From positions 12,898,001 through 12,962,000 of the forward strand of contig CM059433.1 in NCBI GenBank assembly GCA_030390025.1: a stretch of 64,000 bases of DNA, written 5' to 3'. Position numbers and translations under genes: made by a program. A model generated the notes under the pieces. It searched no databases and was not told the origin of the DNA. It saw nothing but the letters and a program-made list of their open reading frames with translations. Each line of letters opens with the position of its first letter. The first letter of the stretch is position 1. The stretch comes from Squalus acanthias (taxonomy: Eukaryota). Below, piece after piece: positions 24,081 to 36,510 of the stretch.

Positions 24081-26591
24081 CATGAGGTGCAAAAACTATA
24101 GAGTAGTGATAATGGAGGACTTCAATTATCCTAATATAGACTGGGATAGTAATAGTGTAAAGGGCAGAGAGGGGCAAGAATTTCTGAAGTGTGTTCAGGA
24201 GAACTTTCTTGATCAGTACATTTCTGGCCCAAGAAGGAAGGAGGCATTGCTGGATCTGGTTCTGGGGAATGAGGTAGGTCAAGTGGAGCAAGTGTCAGTC
24301 GGGCAACATTTAGGGAACAGTGATCATAGTATCATAAGGTTTAGATTAGCAATGGAAAAGGACAGGGAGTAATCTAGAGTAAAAATACTTAATTGGAGGA
24401 GGGCCAATTTTAGTGGGTTGAGAACAGATCTGGCCCGGGTAAATTGGAATCAAAGATTGGCAGGCAAAACTGTAATCAAACAATGGGCTGCCTTTAAAGA
24501 GGAGATGGTTCGGGTACAGTCGAGGTACATTCCCACGAGGGGGAAAGGTAGGGCAAACAAAGCCAGAGCTCCCTGGATGACGAAAGAGATAGAGAGTAAG
24601 ATGAAGCAGAAAAAGGGGGCATATGACAGATGTCAGGTTGAGAATACAAGTGAGAGCCAGGCTGAATATAGAAAGTTCAGAGGGGATGTGAAAAAGGAAA
24701 TAAGAGGGGCAAAGAGAGAGTATGAGAATAGTCTGGCAGCTAACATAAAAGGGAATCCAAAAGTCCTCTATAGGCATATAAATAATAAACGGGTAGTAAG
24801 AGGAGGGGTGAGGCCAATTAGGGACCAAAAAGGAGACCTATGCATGGAGGCAGAGGGCATGGCTGAGGTACTAAATGAGTACTTTGCATCTGTCTTTACC
24901 AAGGAAGAAGATGCTGCCAAAGTCATAGTGAAAGAGGAGGTAGTTGAGATACTGGGTGGGATAAAAATTGATAAAGAGGAGGTACTAGAAAGGCTGGCTG
25001 TACTTAAAGTAGAGAGGTCACCAGGTCCGGATGGGATGCATCCTAGGATGCTGAGGGAGGTAAGGGTGAAAATTGCAGAGGTACTGGCCATAATCTTCCA
25101 ATCCTCCTTAGATACGGGGGTGGTGCCAGAGGACTGGAGAATTGCAAATGTTACATCCTTGTTCAAAAAAGGGTGTAAGGATAAACCCAGCAACTACAGG
25201 CCAGTCAGTTGAACCTCGGTAGTGGGGAAGCTTTTAGAAACGATAATCCGGGACAAAATTAACAGTCACTTGGACAAGTATAGATTAATTGAGGAATGCC
25301 AGCACGGATTTGTCAAAGGCAAATCGTGTTTAACTAACTTGATCGAGTTTTTTAATGAGGTAACAGAGGTGGTTGATGAGGGCAATGCGGTTGATGTGGT
25401 GTACATGGACTTCCAAAAGACGCTTGATAAAGTGCCACATAATAGGCTTGCCAGCAAAGTTGAGTCCCATGGAATAAAAGGGACAGTGGCAGCATGGATA
25501 CGAAATTGGCTAAGTGACAGGAAACAGAGAGTAGTGGTGAACGGTTGTTTTTCGGACTGGAAGAAGTTATACAGTGGTGTTCCCCAGGGGTCGGTTCTAG
25601 GACCACTGCTTTTCTTGATATATATTAATGGCTTGGACTTGGGTATACAGGGCACAATTTCAAAATTTGCAGATGACACAAAACTTGGAAGTATAGTGAA
25701 CAGTGAGGAGGATAGTGATAGACTTCAAGAGGACATAGACAGGCTGGTGGAATGGGCGGACACATGGCAGATGAAATTTAACGTGGAAAAGTGTGAAGTG
25801 ATACATTTTGGTAGGAAGAACGAGAAGAGGCAATATAAACTAAAGGGTACAATCCTAAAGGGGGTGCATGAACAGAGAGACCTGGGGGTATATGTGCACA
25901 AATCGTTTAAGGTTGCAGGGCAGGTTGAGAAAGTGGTTAAAAAAGCATACGGGATCCTGGGCTTTATAAATAGAGGCATAGAGTACAAAAGCAAGGAAGT
26001 TACGATGAACCTTTATAAAACATTGGTTCGGCCTCAACTGGAGTATTGTGTCCAATTCTGGACACTGCACTTTAGGAAGGATGTGAAGGCCTTAGAGAAG
26101 GTGCAGAAAATATTTACAAGAATGGTTCCAGGGATGAGGGACTTCAGTTACGTGGATCGACTGGAGAAGTTGGGGTTGTTCTCCTTAGAGCAGAGAAGGT
26201 TGAGAGGAGATTTGATAGAGGTGTTCAAAATCATGAGGGGGTCTAGACAGAGTCGATAGAGAGAAACTGTTCCCATTGGCAGAAGGGTCAAGAACCAGAG
26301 GACACAGATTTAAGGTGACTGGCAGAAGAACCAAAGGTGACATGAGGAAAAACATTTTTACTCAGCGAGTGGTTAGGATCTGGAATTCACTGCCTGAAAG
26401 GGTGGTGGAGGCAGATTCAATTGTGGCTTTCAAAAGGGAATTGGATAGGTACCTGAAGGGAAAACAATTGCAGGGATACGGGGAAAGGGCGGGGGGAGTG
26501 GGACTAGCTGAAGTGCTCTTGCAGAGAGCCGGCATGGGCTTGACGGGCTGAATGGCCTCCCTCTGTGCTGTAACCATTCTATGATTCTATG
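24081..26591 (+). mobile_element. 5'-truncated CR1 LINE with most of ORF2
   Basis: ORFs 24082, 24418 and 25222 share one frame (two premature stops, late frameshift): [38 protein letters not shown]; ends ATTCTATGATTCTATG. Confidence 0.95.
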
Positions 26592-27449
26592 CTCTGTCGC
26601 CCACTCCTGCTCTTCTCGCTGCTCCCTTCAGTACCTACCTCTTCCCCCAGCTTGGCTTTTTCCCACTCTGTCCGGCCGCTCGAGCTTTCCCCTCGAGTTG
26701 GAACGGCAATAAAATGATAGGTAGGACGATGTGAAAAGAGACGGGCTTTTGATCATTAAAAACTGTGGGAGAAATGGATTAAGGTTGATTTTTGTGTGTG
26801 TGTGTGTGTGTGTGTGGCTATACCAGGGGTGTGAAGCGTACGGGAAATTAAATACTTAGAAACGGGACATCAGTTAAGACATTTTGAGAATAGAAACCAA
26901 TTTTTTTTCAAATGCAGTCTCAACGGTAAAATGATTCACACTTGGTCGAAATGCCGAGAGTCCCACTGCTCGAGCAGCAATGAGACGGAGCGGGACTCCT
27001 GGTCACCCGTGCAGAAGGACAGGGCCATTAACATAATCATGGATAGCGGCCTGCATGCACATGGGCACTTCAGATGCACCGCTCTGTTCTGCCAACAGGA
27101 AGTCGGAGTGGCACCCAGCCATTGTAATAGGGCAACCAGAGGCCCAGGCAGGGCCGAAGATAAATGCTCCAATTTTTTTCCTTCAGCTCCTAAGGTGAAG
27201 CTGATTGGCCATGATCCTTGAATACCACTATCTTGCTTACTTTTAGGGTCTTTAACAGAACTGATGACAGTTCCGTTGGGTCCAACGGGGAGCATAGTTG
27301 ATGAAATTCCTGGAGTAGTCAGGAACTGGTCCAGACACGCCCCAGAGACGTAAGCGAGACAGGTGAAATTTCTACCATGGGTGACATTATTTGTGCTTTT
27401 TAGTTATTGAGTCATTTTAAGTACTTTCTGTGCTCACTGAAATTATTAT

Positions 27450-28192
27450 GGGCCAAAAATTGATCCCGCTGCGCGAGAGTACGCACTGCGTACTCTCGCG
27501 TATTCTCTCTCCAATTGCCGGTTTTCTGCATGCACTGCGCATGCGCTGAAAACCGGCACTTGGTCTTTGGAAAAGGGGGCGGTTCCTCGGTGCACCGCGT
27601 GCGCGCTACAGGCTGCGCGCACGCTGTGCACTTAGTGCTTTGGATGCGCAGGTAAGGACGGAAGATTTTAGAAACGAAAAAAGGAGGAGTAAGACCCACT
27701 TTTAACAAGGTAAGTAGTGAATTAAGTATTATTTTGAATTTTTTTTAACAGGTATATCTTTTTTAGAGACTTTAAAGACAGGTAAGTTTATTTTTATAAC
27801 TTTTTAAAAGATTTAAAATTTTTTCAAAAATGTAATTTTTTATTTAAAATGGTTAATTTATTTAACTATACTTATTTTATTAATGTGATGGTTTTTTTTT
27901 AAATTTAATTGAGGTTTAGCTGTTATTTTGGGGGTGTGTAAGATTCATTGCTTTCACAGCACGTATGTGAAACTTATGAATGGAAGATGGTGTGCTGCCA
28001 TTGGCTCTAACTGAGTCACGTGATCCCACAGCGCGCACGAATTCACTACGCCGGTGGGATACGCAAGCACTGCCCAGCTGATGTCTAGAACATCAAGTTC
28101 GTGCGAGCTGGATCTGAAAAAGCCAACGCGGAGTGAGAGATCGCGCCTGCTCCTTACCTCCGCGGGAACAGAGCGAGATCAATTTCTGGGCC
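27450..28192 (+). mobile_element. Harbinger-type MITE (GC-rich ends, AT-rich core)
   Basis: TIRs GGGCCAAAAATTGATCCCGCT / AGCGAGATCAATTTCTGGGCC. Confidence 0.8.
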
Positions 28193-28521
28193 ATTGTCTT
28201 CGAATTCTAGTTTGTTACAGATATAGACAGTTTTGAACTACACGTCAAAGTATATTTAATTTTTGCTTCTTACACAAGTTACATTCTTTACCAAATAGTA
28301 AAGCAACATTCATAGACCATTTGTCTAATTCTAACAGAAGGGAAGGATCTCATGACAATGCAACAGGTTGGCTTTAGGGTTGTTGTTTTTGGAGCATCGA
28401 TTTGTAACTTCCAAGGCTTGTACTTGTACTCATAATAAAGGGCGCAAATATTGTGAGACACCTTTTGGCTTGCTCGATAGATGTTTGGTGACTGAAGCCT
28501 GCAATGATTAGGGTCTAGAAT

Positions 28522-29286
28522 GGGCCAGAAATTCGGTTCTCTGGCTTCCTGCGGGTGCAAGCATCGCGCGCGTACTTGCCTACCGCGCCTGCAGTTGTGC
28601 TTTGGGCCCACGAGGACTTCGGGTCCTGGGCCTCCTGCAGCTGCCGGCGTGCAGTGCTTGCGTATCCCAGGGGCGCAGTTAGTTCGAAACGTCCCCTGGG
28701 ATCACGTGGGCCATGGAGAGCCAATCGTAGCAGGGAATTTTCATTCATAGATTTGACAGGAAGACCTGTCAAATCTATGAATAGAGATCGGCCCCAAAAC
28801 CACACTTAAACTTCAAATACATTTTTTTTAAAACATCACATTTTTAAAATAACTATAAGTTAAATAAATTAACTACTTTAAACAAAAATTTAAATTTTTG
28901 AAAAAATTAATTATACTTTTTAACGGTGCTAAAAATAAACTTACCTTTCTTTAAAGTATCTAAAAAAGATAAACCTGTTGAAAAAAATTTTAAATTGTAA
29001 TTAATTAACCACTTACCTTGTTAAAAACAGGCCTTGCGCCTCCTTTTTAAAAGCGCAGCTTCTTCATACTTACCTTCCCGGAGAAACCTGAAAAAAAACC
29101 TGAAGTTCACTGCGTGCGCGCAGCCTCTCCCGCGCACGCGTTTGACTTCTGAACCCCTCCCTTCAGGGGAACGGAAGTTCCGGTTTCCCGCGCATGCGCA
29201 GTGCATGCAGGAAACCGGCACTTCAGGTGGCCTTACGGGTGAGTACACAGCGCGTACTCACCCGACAACAGCCGAATTTCTGGCCC
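28522..29286 (-). mobile_element. Harbinger-type MITE, related to 27450-28192 in opposite orientation
   Basis: Perfect TIR GGGCCAGAAATTCGG / CCGAATTTCTGGCCC; shares TGCATGCACTGCGCATGCGC and CACGTGATCCCA..TGGGATACGCAAGCACTGC blocks in reverse complement. Confidence 0.85.
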
Positions 29287-30629
29287 ATTAATATTTTAAG
29301 TTTCATTTCTCTGCCACTGTAAGTGCTGTCCTCCTATTTTGTTTTAGCAACAGTTTGTCCACTTTCCCACAACAATGGAGAGGAGGCATCCAGGAAGTGG
29401 ATTTCGTTCTCAGACCCAGAAGTAGAAAATGCTATCCATCATAGAACCGTAGAGAGTTTACAGGACAGAAAGAGGCCGTTCGGCCCAGTGTGTATACCGT
29501 CTCTTTGCTAGGCCAATTCAAAACTAATCCTACTGTACCACACTTTCCCTATAGACATGTATCTTCCGCGTTTCAAATATTTATCCAATTTTCACTTTCA
29601 AAAAAGCTGCAGTGCTCTCTGCCTCAACCACTCCCTGTGGCAAAACATTCCATGCTCCAACAACCGTGTGCATAAAGAAATTTCTCATGTATGCTAAGAC
29701 ATGTGGGCCTCCTGTGAGGAAGATAATGAGCCTTCAGGGGCCCGGAGAATGGAGCAATCTGGTTTTTGATAAATATAGATACAATAGGACATGGACAAAG
29801 CAGTATGTATCTCATTCTATAGGATTCGACATTACTAATTTGAGTTTTATTTAGAGAAAGTAATTGAGCATGACTTTTGTGGTGGAGTAAAATGTAAATT
29901 CAAAGCTTGTGGAGTGTAATGTCCTACAAGTTGCCCAACAAAAGGTCTTGCTTGGTGGTTTCATTTCCGGACCATGTTAGTTAATCTATTTTTATCTCGG
30001 AAGAGTTTATGTCAGGTAGGAGGAGCAAGCAGAGAGAAAAAAAAAAGATGAATGAATTGAGGGAGGGATCCAAATACAAACAGAATCTCCTTCTGAGACC
30101 TCCACATGAAGGCCAAATGCTGAAAACCTCTTAATCGGAATTAAAATTTCTCCCTCATTTTGGGGCGTATGTTTTCTTACATGTGGCTCTTTACTAAAGT
30201 GCTGCTAGCATTTTCTACAGGGCTCTGTTCAACAAGTGAGAATGGTAAGTGTTTAGTGATGTATAGGCTACTCCTTTGCTCTTTGCAAAGTAGGTATCTG
30301 ACTCCGTTTCTGATTAATCTGAGGTACTCAGCTTTTAGTGATACTGGACTGTTGAAGAATGCAGTGCGATAAGTACTTACTTCCATTTTATTGTCTCGCT
30401 TAATTAGTTTGAGGGACATTAACTTAATTATAGTCATCATGTATTTGCATAAACATGGTTAACAATAAATTTTCTCTCACGCACAAAAAGCTGAGCCCAC
30501 AGTTTTACAGCAGCCATTATATTCAGCACAGGAACGGTCTCATGACAACAGATTAACCTTATGGCCTCTTTGAGTAAGATTGACAGTTGAGTGCCCCTTT
30601 CCTTCTGTGGGTCTGAACCGGCTCTTCAA

Positions 30630-30823
30630 CCTTGTTCTTCATCTCCTCCTTTGTTCCTTTATCCCCTCCCCCTTTTCCCAGCTTTACCCTGGCCTTAAAT
30701 CTATTTGATTTCCAGCTCTTCCCAGTTCTGATGAAAGGTCATCGACCTGAAACGTCAACTCTCTTTCTCTCTCCACGGATGCTGCCTGGCCTGCTGAGTT
30801 TTTCCAGCGTTTTCTGTTGTTAC
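30630..30823 (+). mobile_element. Penelope family B pLTR fragment
   Basis: Homologous to 42690-42870 and to the reverse complement of 58648-58860. Confidence 0.8.
30724..30760 (+). ncRNA. Minimal type I hammerhead ribozyme motif (family B), intact, GUC site
   Basis: AGTT-CTGATGA-A-AGGTC-ATC-GACCT-GAAA-CG-TC-AACT: stem I AGTT/AACT, stem II AGGTC/GACCT, palindromic ACGT stem III. Confidence 0.85.
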
Positions 30824-30996
30824 TAGGAACTGAATTGGCTCATTTCACATTGGACCCTTACATCCAGGAGAGAGAAATGACTTTTCACCCATCAGACTTG
30901 CGTGGATCCAACCTCCGGTCTCGGAGGCGAGAGGGAGGTTTGCTAACCCGCTGTAAAATCCGGTTGATATTTATAGCTCAGTATGTTAGTTGATAA

Positions 30997-31390
30997 AGAA
31001 AGAAAGACTTGCATTTATATAGCGCCTTTCACGACCACCAGACGTCTCAAAGCGCTTTACAGCCAATGAAGTACTTTTGGAGTGTAGTCACTGTTGTAAT
31101 GTGGGAAACGCGGCAGCCAATTTGCGCACAGCAAGCTCCCACAAACAGCAATGTGATAATGACCAGATAAACTGTTTTTTTGTTATGTTGATTGAGGGAT
31201 AAATGTTGGCCAGGACACTGGGGATAACTCCCCTGCTCTTCTTCGAAATAGTGCCATGAGATCTTTTATGTCCACCTGAGAGAGTAGACAGGGGCCTCGG
31301 TTTAACATCTCATCCGAAAGACGGCACCTCCGACAGTGCAGCACTCCCTCATCACTGCACTGGAGTGTCAGCCTAGATTTATGTGCACAA
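30997..31390 (-). mobile_element. Deu-domain SINE (SacSINE1-like), 5' truncated
   Basis: Reverse complement homolog of 14940-15270. Confidence 0.8.
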
Positions 31391-31616
31391 CTTGCAGCTT
31401 CAACCAAAGAAAAGGATCAAATAAAAACAATAATAAAATGAAAACCAGAGAGCAGGACATCTTCTATTCCAAAGAAAAGCTCTGGCCTGATTGATCGCCC
31501 TTCACCCATAAAATACGCACCTTACCATGCAACGCAAGTATTGTTCCATGTAGGAACTTTCCCACTGTTCACTTCACTGCCGTCAACGATCACGACTAAA
31601 ATATTGCACACATATT

Positions 31617-33389
31617 CGCTGGGAGTTTCCTCGGAGTTGCTCCATCGCGGTAACTTCGGCAGAATTGCGGAAAAAATGAGGGCCTAGAAATTCGTGCCCA
31701 CTGCGAAAGCTGCCGGTGCCGCTGTGGCTGGGGATTAACGGGCGGTGAAAATGGTGGCACTGACAGGACTGAAAAATTGGTGCTAGGGACTAATGATTAT
31801 TAGCCCAGTGCTAAACCTACCATGTAACACCCTCCTGGTGGCGTTGGTCCCGGCAGCAGGTCCTAATGTGGCGTGCCTGAGCCACGTTGCAGCTTCAAGC
31901 AGCCTCTGAAAGCGAAGCTGTGATTTCTCAAAGCATTGTGGAACATTAAAAGGGCAATGCATTGTTATCTTCTTAAAAGGGCAATGCCTTCTGTAATAAT
32001 TAAAAATAAAAATGATGTACAAATATGCAGTTTTCAGCCCTTACAGCTCAACTGCCTTCTGAAAAAATAATTAACATTGGAAAGAATTCTGAAATGGGAG
32101 ACCTCAGCTCTTAAAGCTGAATTGTCTTCCGCACCTAAAAAATGGGAAATGTGCTTCAGCACTAACACAAATGGCTCAGCAAGCCGGGGAAGGGGCACCC
32201 AGGGTCTCGCACGCAGCACTCCAGCTTTATGCAGGGGGTCAACAGTGCAGGAGAGGTCCTCTACCCACAGGGGCCAGGAGGCCCTCCAGAAAGAACGATG
32301 TGGGACCAGATCACCGAGTCCATCACTGCTAGCAGTATCATCCCCATCACACAAGAAAGTCACTAAGGAAATGCATAAGGGTGATTACTTGATTTCTTGT
32401 TGTCATATTGGATGGATAGATGTATAAAGTTGGATTGGAAAGTTTGCTTTGTGGTGGCTTTTATTTCAGCATTGTGGCCAAGAGGATGCTGTGATGGTCA
32501 GTAATAGAGGGAAGGTAAGGTGTGGGATTAATATTGAAAGGGGAATTGGGGTTGCGGTCACAGGTACCGCAGTCGGATGATTCCATCCCAAATATTCTGG
32601 CTAGAAAGGGGCTGTCTGGGTTGCATCCTTCCTTCTGCTTCCTCCTCTTCTGCTTCTTCCTCTTCTGTGTCCTCCTCTTCCCTCTGCGAACATTTACTAT
32701 AAATCTGAAATAAAAACATAAAATGCCAGAAATACTGAGCAGGTCAGGTAGCAACTCAACCTGAGACGTGAACTCTGTTTCTCTCTCCACGGATGTTGCC
32801 TGACCTGCTGAGTATTTCCAGCATTTTCTATCTTCTTAGAGGCCTTCCTTTACCATCCGAGGCCTTGCAAGCATCCAGCTGCACTCCCTGCACATTTAAA
32901 AAACATTTAACATATATTGCACCAAGCCACTACTTCAATAAAATTTTTAAAAATCCAGTCCAAAAATTTTAATGCAAACTTAACGGAACGATATGTGTGT
33001 CCCTTTATAAGTGCTGACAGCACCACTGTCAATTTGCTGAACGTTGGGTTTTCATGGCGAGCTTGGGAACCAGCGATAAACTCAGCACTAAGGTTCAAGT
33101 TCGTTGAGGAGACATTAAGTCGGCATTGCACGCCAACTGACATCACCCTCTCTTAATTTATATTTCCAGGGCCAGCGCTGCTATCGGCAGCGCTAAGGCC
33201 CTAACCAAAATGGTGGCCGCTGAGTCCCGCGCCACAGAAGGGTGCGAGAGTGGTGGCCGTCATTTTTAGACCGGATCGCAGCGGTGACTCGTGGTGATAA
33301 GTAGGCCAAATTCTAGGCTGCGGTTTCGGACGCACTTCTAGTGAACTTACAGTGGCGACGCAGCAGTGGTTCTGAGGAAATTCCTAGCC
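31617..33389. mobile_element. Small MITE (~130 bp) split by a larger Harbinger derivative
   Basis: TIRs GCTGGGAGTTTCCTCGGA / TCTGAGGAAATTCCTAGC; ATT TSD at 31614-16 and 33390-92. Confidence 0.7.
31680..33320. mobile_element. Internally deleted Harbinger transposon
   Basis: TIRs GCCTAGAAATTCG / CCAAATTCTAGGC. Minus strand 32558-32690 encodes an acidic HARBI1-like C-terminus EEEDTEEEEAEEEEAEGRMQPRQPLSSQNIWDGIIRLRYL*. A fold-back Penelope B piece sits at ~32700-32830. Confidence 0.6.
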
Positions 33390-33892
33390 ATTGGCAAATG
33401 GTATGTTCTGATTTTCAACCCCTCTGACCCTAGTAAGATGTCTCTAACTATGTAAACCATAGCAATTTTATTTCTTGTCTCATACAACAGAAGATTTTCA
33501 TTTAGTCATTATGTAGTGCTAACTCTTAATGCCTTTGATTATAGACATCGGATGAAATATGGTTTGCCTAAAAAAAAAATTTTTTTCCCAATCTCATCTT
33601 TAATACTTATGTGATTATTTTGAATCTGTGGCCTCTTTGTTATCGTCTCCAATATGGAATTCACTGCCGTGTACCATTGTTGCAGCAGAGTCCTTAAATT
33701 ATTTTAAAATGGAATTAGATAGTTGGTTTAAAAAAATAGAAATATTAAAGAGAGCAAACAGGAGCATGGGATTAAACTAATAGGCTCATCCAATCTTACA
33801 GCACAGAAGGAGGCCATTCGACCCATGGTGCCTGTGCTGGCTCTTTGAAACAACTGTCCAATTAGTTTTACTTAGTGTGTTGTGTTAGGTCA

Positions 33893-34520
33893 TAAATACT
33901 GTGGCAACAAGAGCAGGTCAGAGGCTAGGTATTCTGCAGCGAGTGTCTCACCTCCTGACTCCACAAAGCCTTTCCACCATCTACAAGGCACAAGTAAGGA
34001 GTGTGATGGAATACTTTCCACTTGCCTGCATGAGTGCAGCTCCAACAACACTCAAGAAGCTCGACACCATCCAGGACAAAGCAGCCCGCTTGATTGGCAC
34101 CCCATCCACCACCTTAAACATTCACTCCCTCCACCACCGGCGTACCATGGCTGCAGTGTGTACCATCTACAAGATGCACTGCAGCAACTCGCCAAGGCTT
34201 CTTCGGCAGCACCTCCCAAACCCGCGACCTCTTCCACCTAGAAGGACAAGGGCAGCAGGCGCATGGGAACACCACCACCTCAAGTTCCCCTCCAAGTCAC
34301 ACACCATCCTGACTTAGAAGTATATCGCCAATCTTTCATCGTCGCTGGATCAAAATCCTGGAACTCCCTACGTAACAGCACTGTGGGAGTACCTTCACCA
34401 TATGGACTGCAGCAGTTCAAGAAGGCAGCTCACCACCACCTTCTCAAGGGCAACTAGGGATGGGCAATAAATGCTGGCCTTGCCAGCGACGCCCAGATCC
34501 CATAAGTGAATAAAAATAAA
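33893..34520 (+). mobile_element. CR1/L2-superfamily LINE 3' fragment (third family)
   Basis: ATRAGQRLGILQRVSHLLTPQSLSTIYKAQVRSVMEY..IQDKAARLI..SWNSL; same family as 48005-48805 and 55900-56090. Confidence 0.85.
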
Positions 34521-36510
34521 GATCGCTTTTACTCGGGCATCTGTGTGAACCCCACCCCCATTGAATTAGTGTAACTACTTTCAAGCCAATGAAGTTAAGT
34601 TTCTGCTCCATTTTCAGTAAGACTGGGAAGGTGCATTGTTGTATGCTCTTGTCATAGATTTTGTGCTATGAACCGGACTGAAGTTAGCGCAGATATGGAT
34701 AATTAACGCTTGACCGGCAGATAGGATCCCGACGCATCTGGTGCAGAAAAGGAGCCTACAGCTCTATCTTGTATAATGAGTCTTGTGGGGTGTAGCACAT
34801 GATAGCGGATGCCTGGTTTTCACAGCAGGACTTTTAACCAGTTACATTTCTTGCATAAAGCTAGAAAACGAGGGAATGTCTGTCTATATCAATACAGTAG
34901 AAAACGCAGTTGCCTTTGAGCCATGGCTTCTGGAGAATTTCTTTCTTGGTCTGAATATTTTAGCGACAGCGCAAATGCTCATTCATGGTCTAGTAGGATT
35001 GCTGGAACAAGGAGTTAATATTCAGTGAGCTCTATCGATGGCCAGGTCAGTCGATGTATTAATATCTGCCAGGCTGCCTAGGGCATGCAAAAATAGAACG
35101 GAGCTGCATGGGTGCACTGAAAAGTGTATGATTTGGGTCTTCTCTATTATCTAAATCATCTGGTTTAACTGCTCACAGTTACTAGTGATGACACACTAAA
35201 GAGGCTTAATTAATTGCACTTCGTATATCGAAGCATCTTTATAATCCATGAGGTCCAACTGATTGCCCACAAACAAGCTTCAAAGCCCAGTCAATCAGCA
35301 TGCTATATTTTCAAACGTGGCAGTAATATAAATGTTGTAGGGCTCAATGTTTAAGCAACCTGAGTTCAGCGCGCATGTTTTAAACACTGCCGCAACACAA
35401 GACCTTTACAAGATAGTTTATGTTATTACGCTCGAAAGATAAAAAGTTTTAATTTTACGAAATACGAAAAGTAACCAAATTAAAAGTTCTGATACTGAGC
35501 GAAAAAGTGCAAAGGAGAGGATAACTATGGTCTCGTCCTGTCCTTCCATCCACCTACCTGTATTTGTGTGTGAAGTACAGCACGTGCTGCAGGGAAAGGG
35601 GTCGTCCTTTAGTGCTTAAGTAATAAAGGGTAAATGAAGGCGCTGCTGATAGGGTTAGAAGAAGAGGAGTGGGCGGAGTCTCATGTGGAGCATGAACGGC
35701 AGCATAAACCAGTTGGGCTGAATGGTCTATTTCTGTGCTGTAAACTCGATGTAAACCAATCTCACGAAATACATGCTGAAATTTGCAAAAAAGTGTACGA
35801 CTTCCATGGGAGAGTGAAGTGATATCAATGCATTTCAAATATAGATGATCAACTATAATTTAATAATCTGTCTGAAACTATTATAATTTGGTGTATAGAT
35901 ACTGACTAATTTTAGCCCACAGGCTGATTCCAGGAGTGGGCCAGCCAATATTTGTTTTCAGTTCATGTTCTGTGACATTAAATTAAACATTAATACAGTA
36001 ATATTACAGTAATAAAGCTATGCAAATGTCAGGAGTAGCTTTCTTGCTGTAATAAAAATTTCATACAGTTTTAGTCACCCTTTTCCCCCATTATTTATCT
36101 TCTATGTTATATTACTTTAAGTGTACTTTTATTTTATTTCTGTCTTTATATTTTTTTGGTATCTGTCGTGTAGATTAAGTCTGTCGTCTACATTATGAAT
36201 GTCAAGCTGTCTGTAATTTTTATTCTTCCTCATTGGTTAGGTCTGTGAGTTTCTCCTTCAATGATTTACCAATCATGTTATGCAAAATCTTTCTTTCCAA
36301 TTTCATTTTTATCCCCATTACATTCCTCAAAAAAAAATCTCCATGTTACAGCTGCCATGACAGATAATCACACACCCCAGGGTATACCCTGAAAAATAAC
36401 ATTTATAACATAGTAAACACAAACAAATCACACCTTTATCCGTTAGAATTGGCTGCGATACCATCACGCCTCCTTGCAGTGTAACTCCACCTCCCATCCA
36501 GCCAACTATG

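Noticed and set aside
30521..30541. REST/NRSE site (TTCAGCAC...)
   Set aside because: Only the left half-site matches; no GGACAG right half at the proper spacing.
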